Assembly (NCBI GenBank): GCA_964016885.1
Contig: OZ024750.1
Location: forward strand, 12,958,001 to 13,022,000
DNA: 64,000 nucleotides
Reading direction: 5' to 3'
Source: Eledone cirrhosa
Taxonomy: Eukaryota
The position numbers and the translations under genes are program-made. The notes beneath the pieces were generated by a model, which saw nothing but the letters and a program-made list of their open reading frames with translations, made no database searches and was not told the origin of the DNA. Positions 1-64,000 of the stretch are shown here, one piece after another (the stretch's first letter is position 1; every line of letters begins with the position of its first letter).

Positions 1-333
1 ATATATATATATACATACATACACACATACTACACACACAGATATAAATATATATATATATAGAGAGAGAGAGATATATATAATTAGTAAGTTTGAGCAC
101 CATAATTTGTTGACTTCTTTGTTAAATGTTACAGTTACAATTTCTAAAATCAACCCCAAAGTGATGTTTTAGTTAAACCTTTCCCAATGTCAGCTTTCCC
201 CACTCAGTTGTTACTGTACCAAACATTTGATCCACACTATCTCGTGCTCTTTAAATAATATTTATATATATATCTTATTTAATTATGTATAAAATTATAT
301 AATATATTATATAATTGAAATTAGAAAACTTAC

Positions 334-63755
<63,422 letters not shown>

Positions 63756-64000
63756 CTGAAATGTATATAAATATTTATGAAAAGAACGAAAGAGTAAAGA
63801 TCACATAAATTATATGTACAAACACAATTATTTATAAGTAGTCAAACTATAGATACATCTTATTTTATCATTATATTAATGTCCCATTTAAACTGTGGTG
63901 GCTTTCTAATAAAACAATACTTCTATGTGTTACATAATGCTTCAAGCAAACTACAACATGATCATATAAATACATTTATCAAAAGATTGATAAAATAAAA

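Overview
AT-rich eukaryotic genomic DNA, probably from an octopod cephalopod; this is inferred from recalled SINE/RTE repeat motifs and was not verified by a search. The whole window is an internal part of one minus-strand gene for a giant titin/twitchin-family-like protein. I mapped 86 exons by hand (334..63755). All have GT-AG boundaries, all introns are phase 1 and all exon lengths are multiples of 3. Spliced together they give about 27.7 kb of coding sequence (about 9,235 codons) encoding 91 consecutive fibronectin type III (FN3) domains and no Ig domain. The domains follow a strict A-B-C triplet nested in a 9-domain super-repeat, with one register slip at about 46.6-48.2 kb. One exon holds six domains, and the units at 4-26 kb show patchwork near-identity consistent with gene conversion. 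Introns contain tRNA-derived SINEs, RTE-like fragments, a Tc1/mariner-type MITE, Penelope-like fragments, a 46-bp minisatellite with higher-order structure, hairpins and microsatellites. The start and end of the gene lie outside the window. Exons are numbered E1-E86 in transcription order. Class A = PGPP..KVG..F.LEW, class B = DVQR.SI.IKW...KSPF, class C = NVT..SADL.W...AVN.EG; p1-p9 = position in the 9-domain unit.
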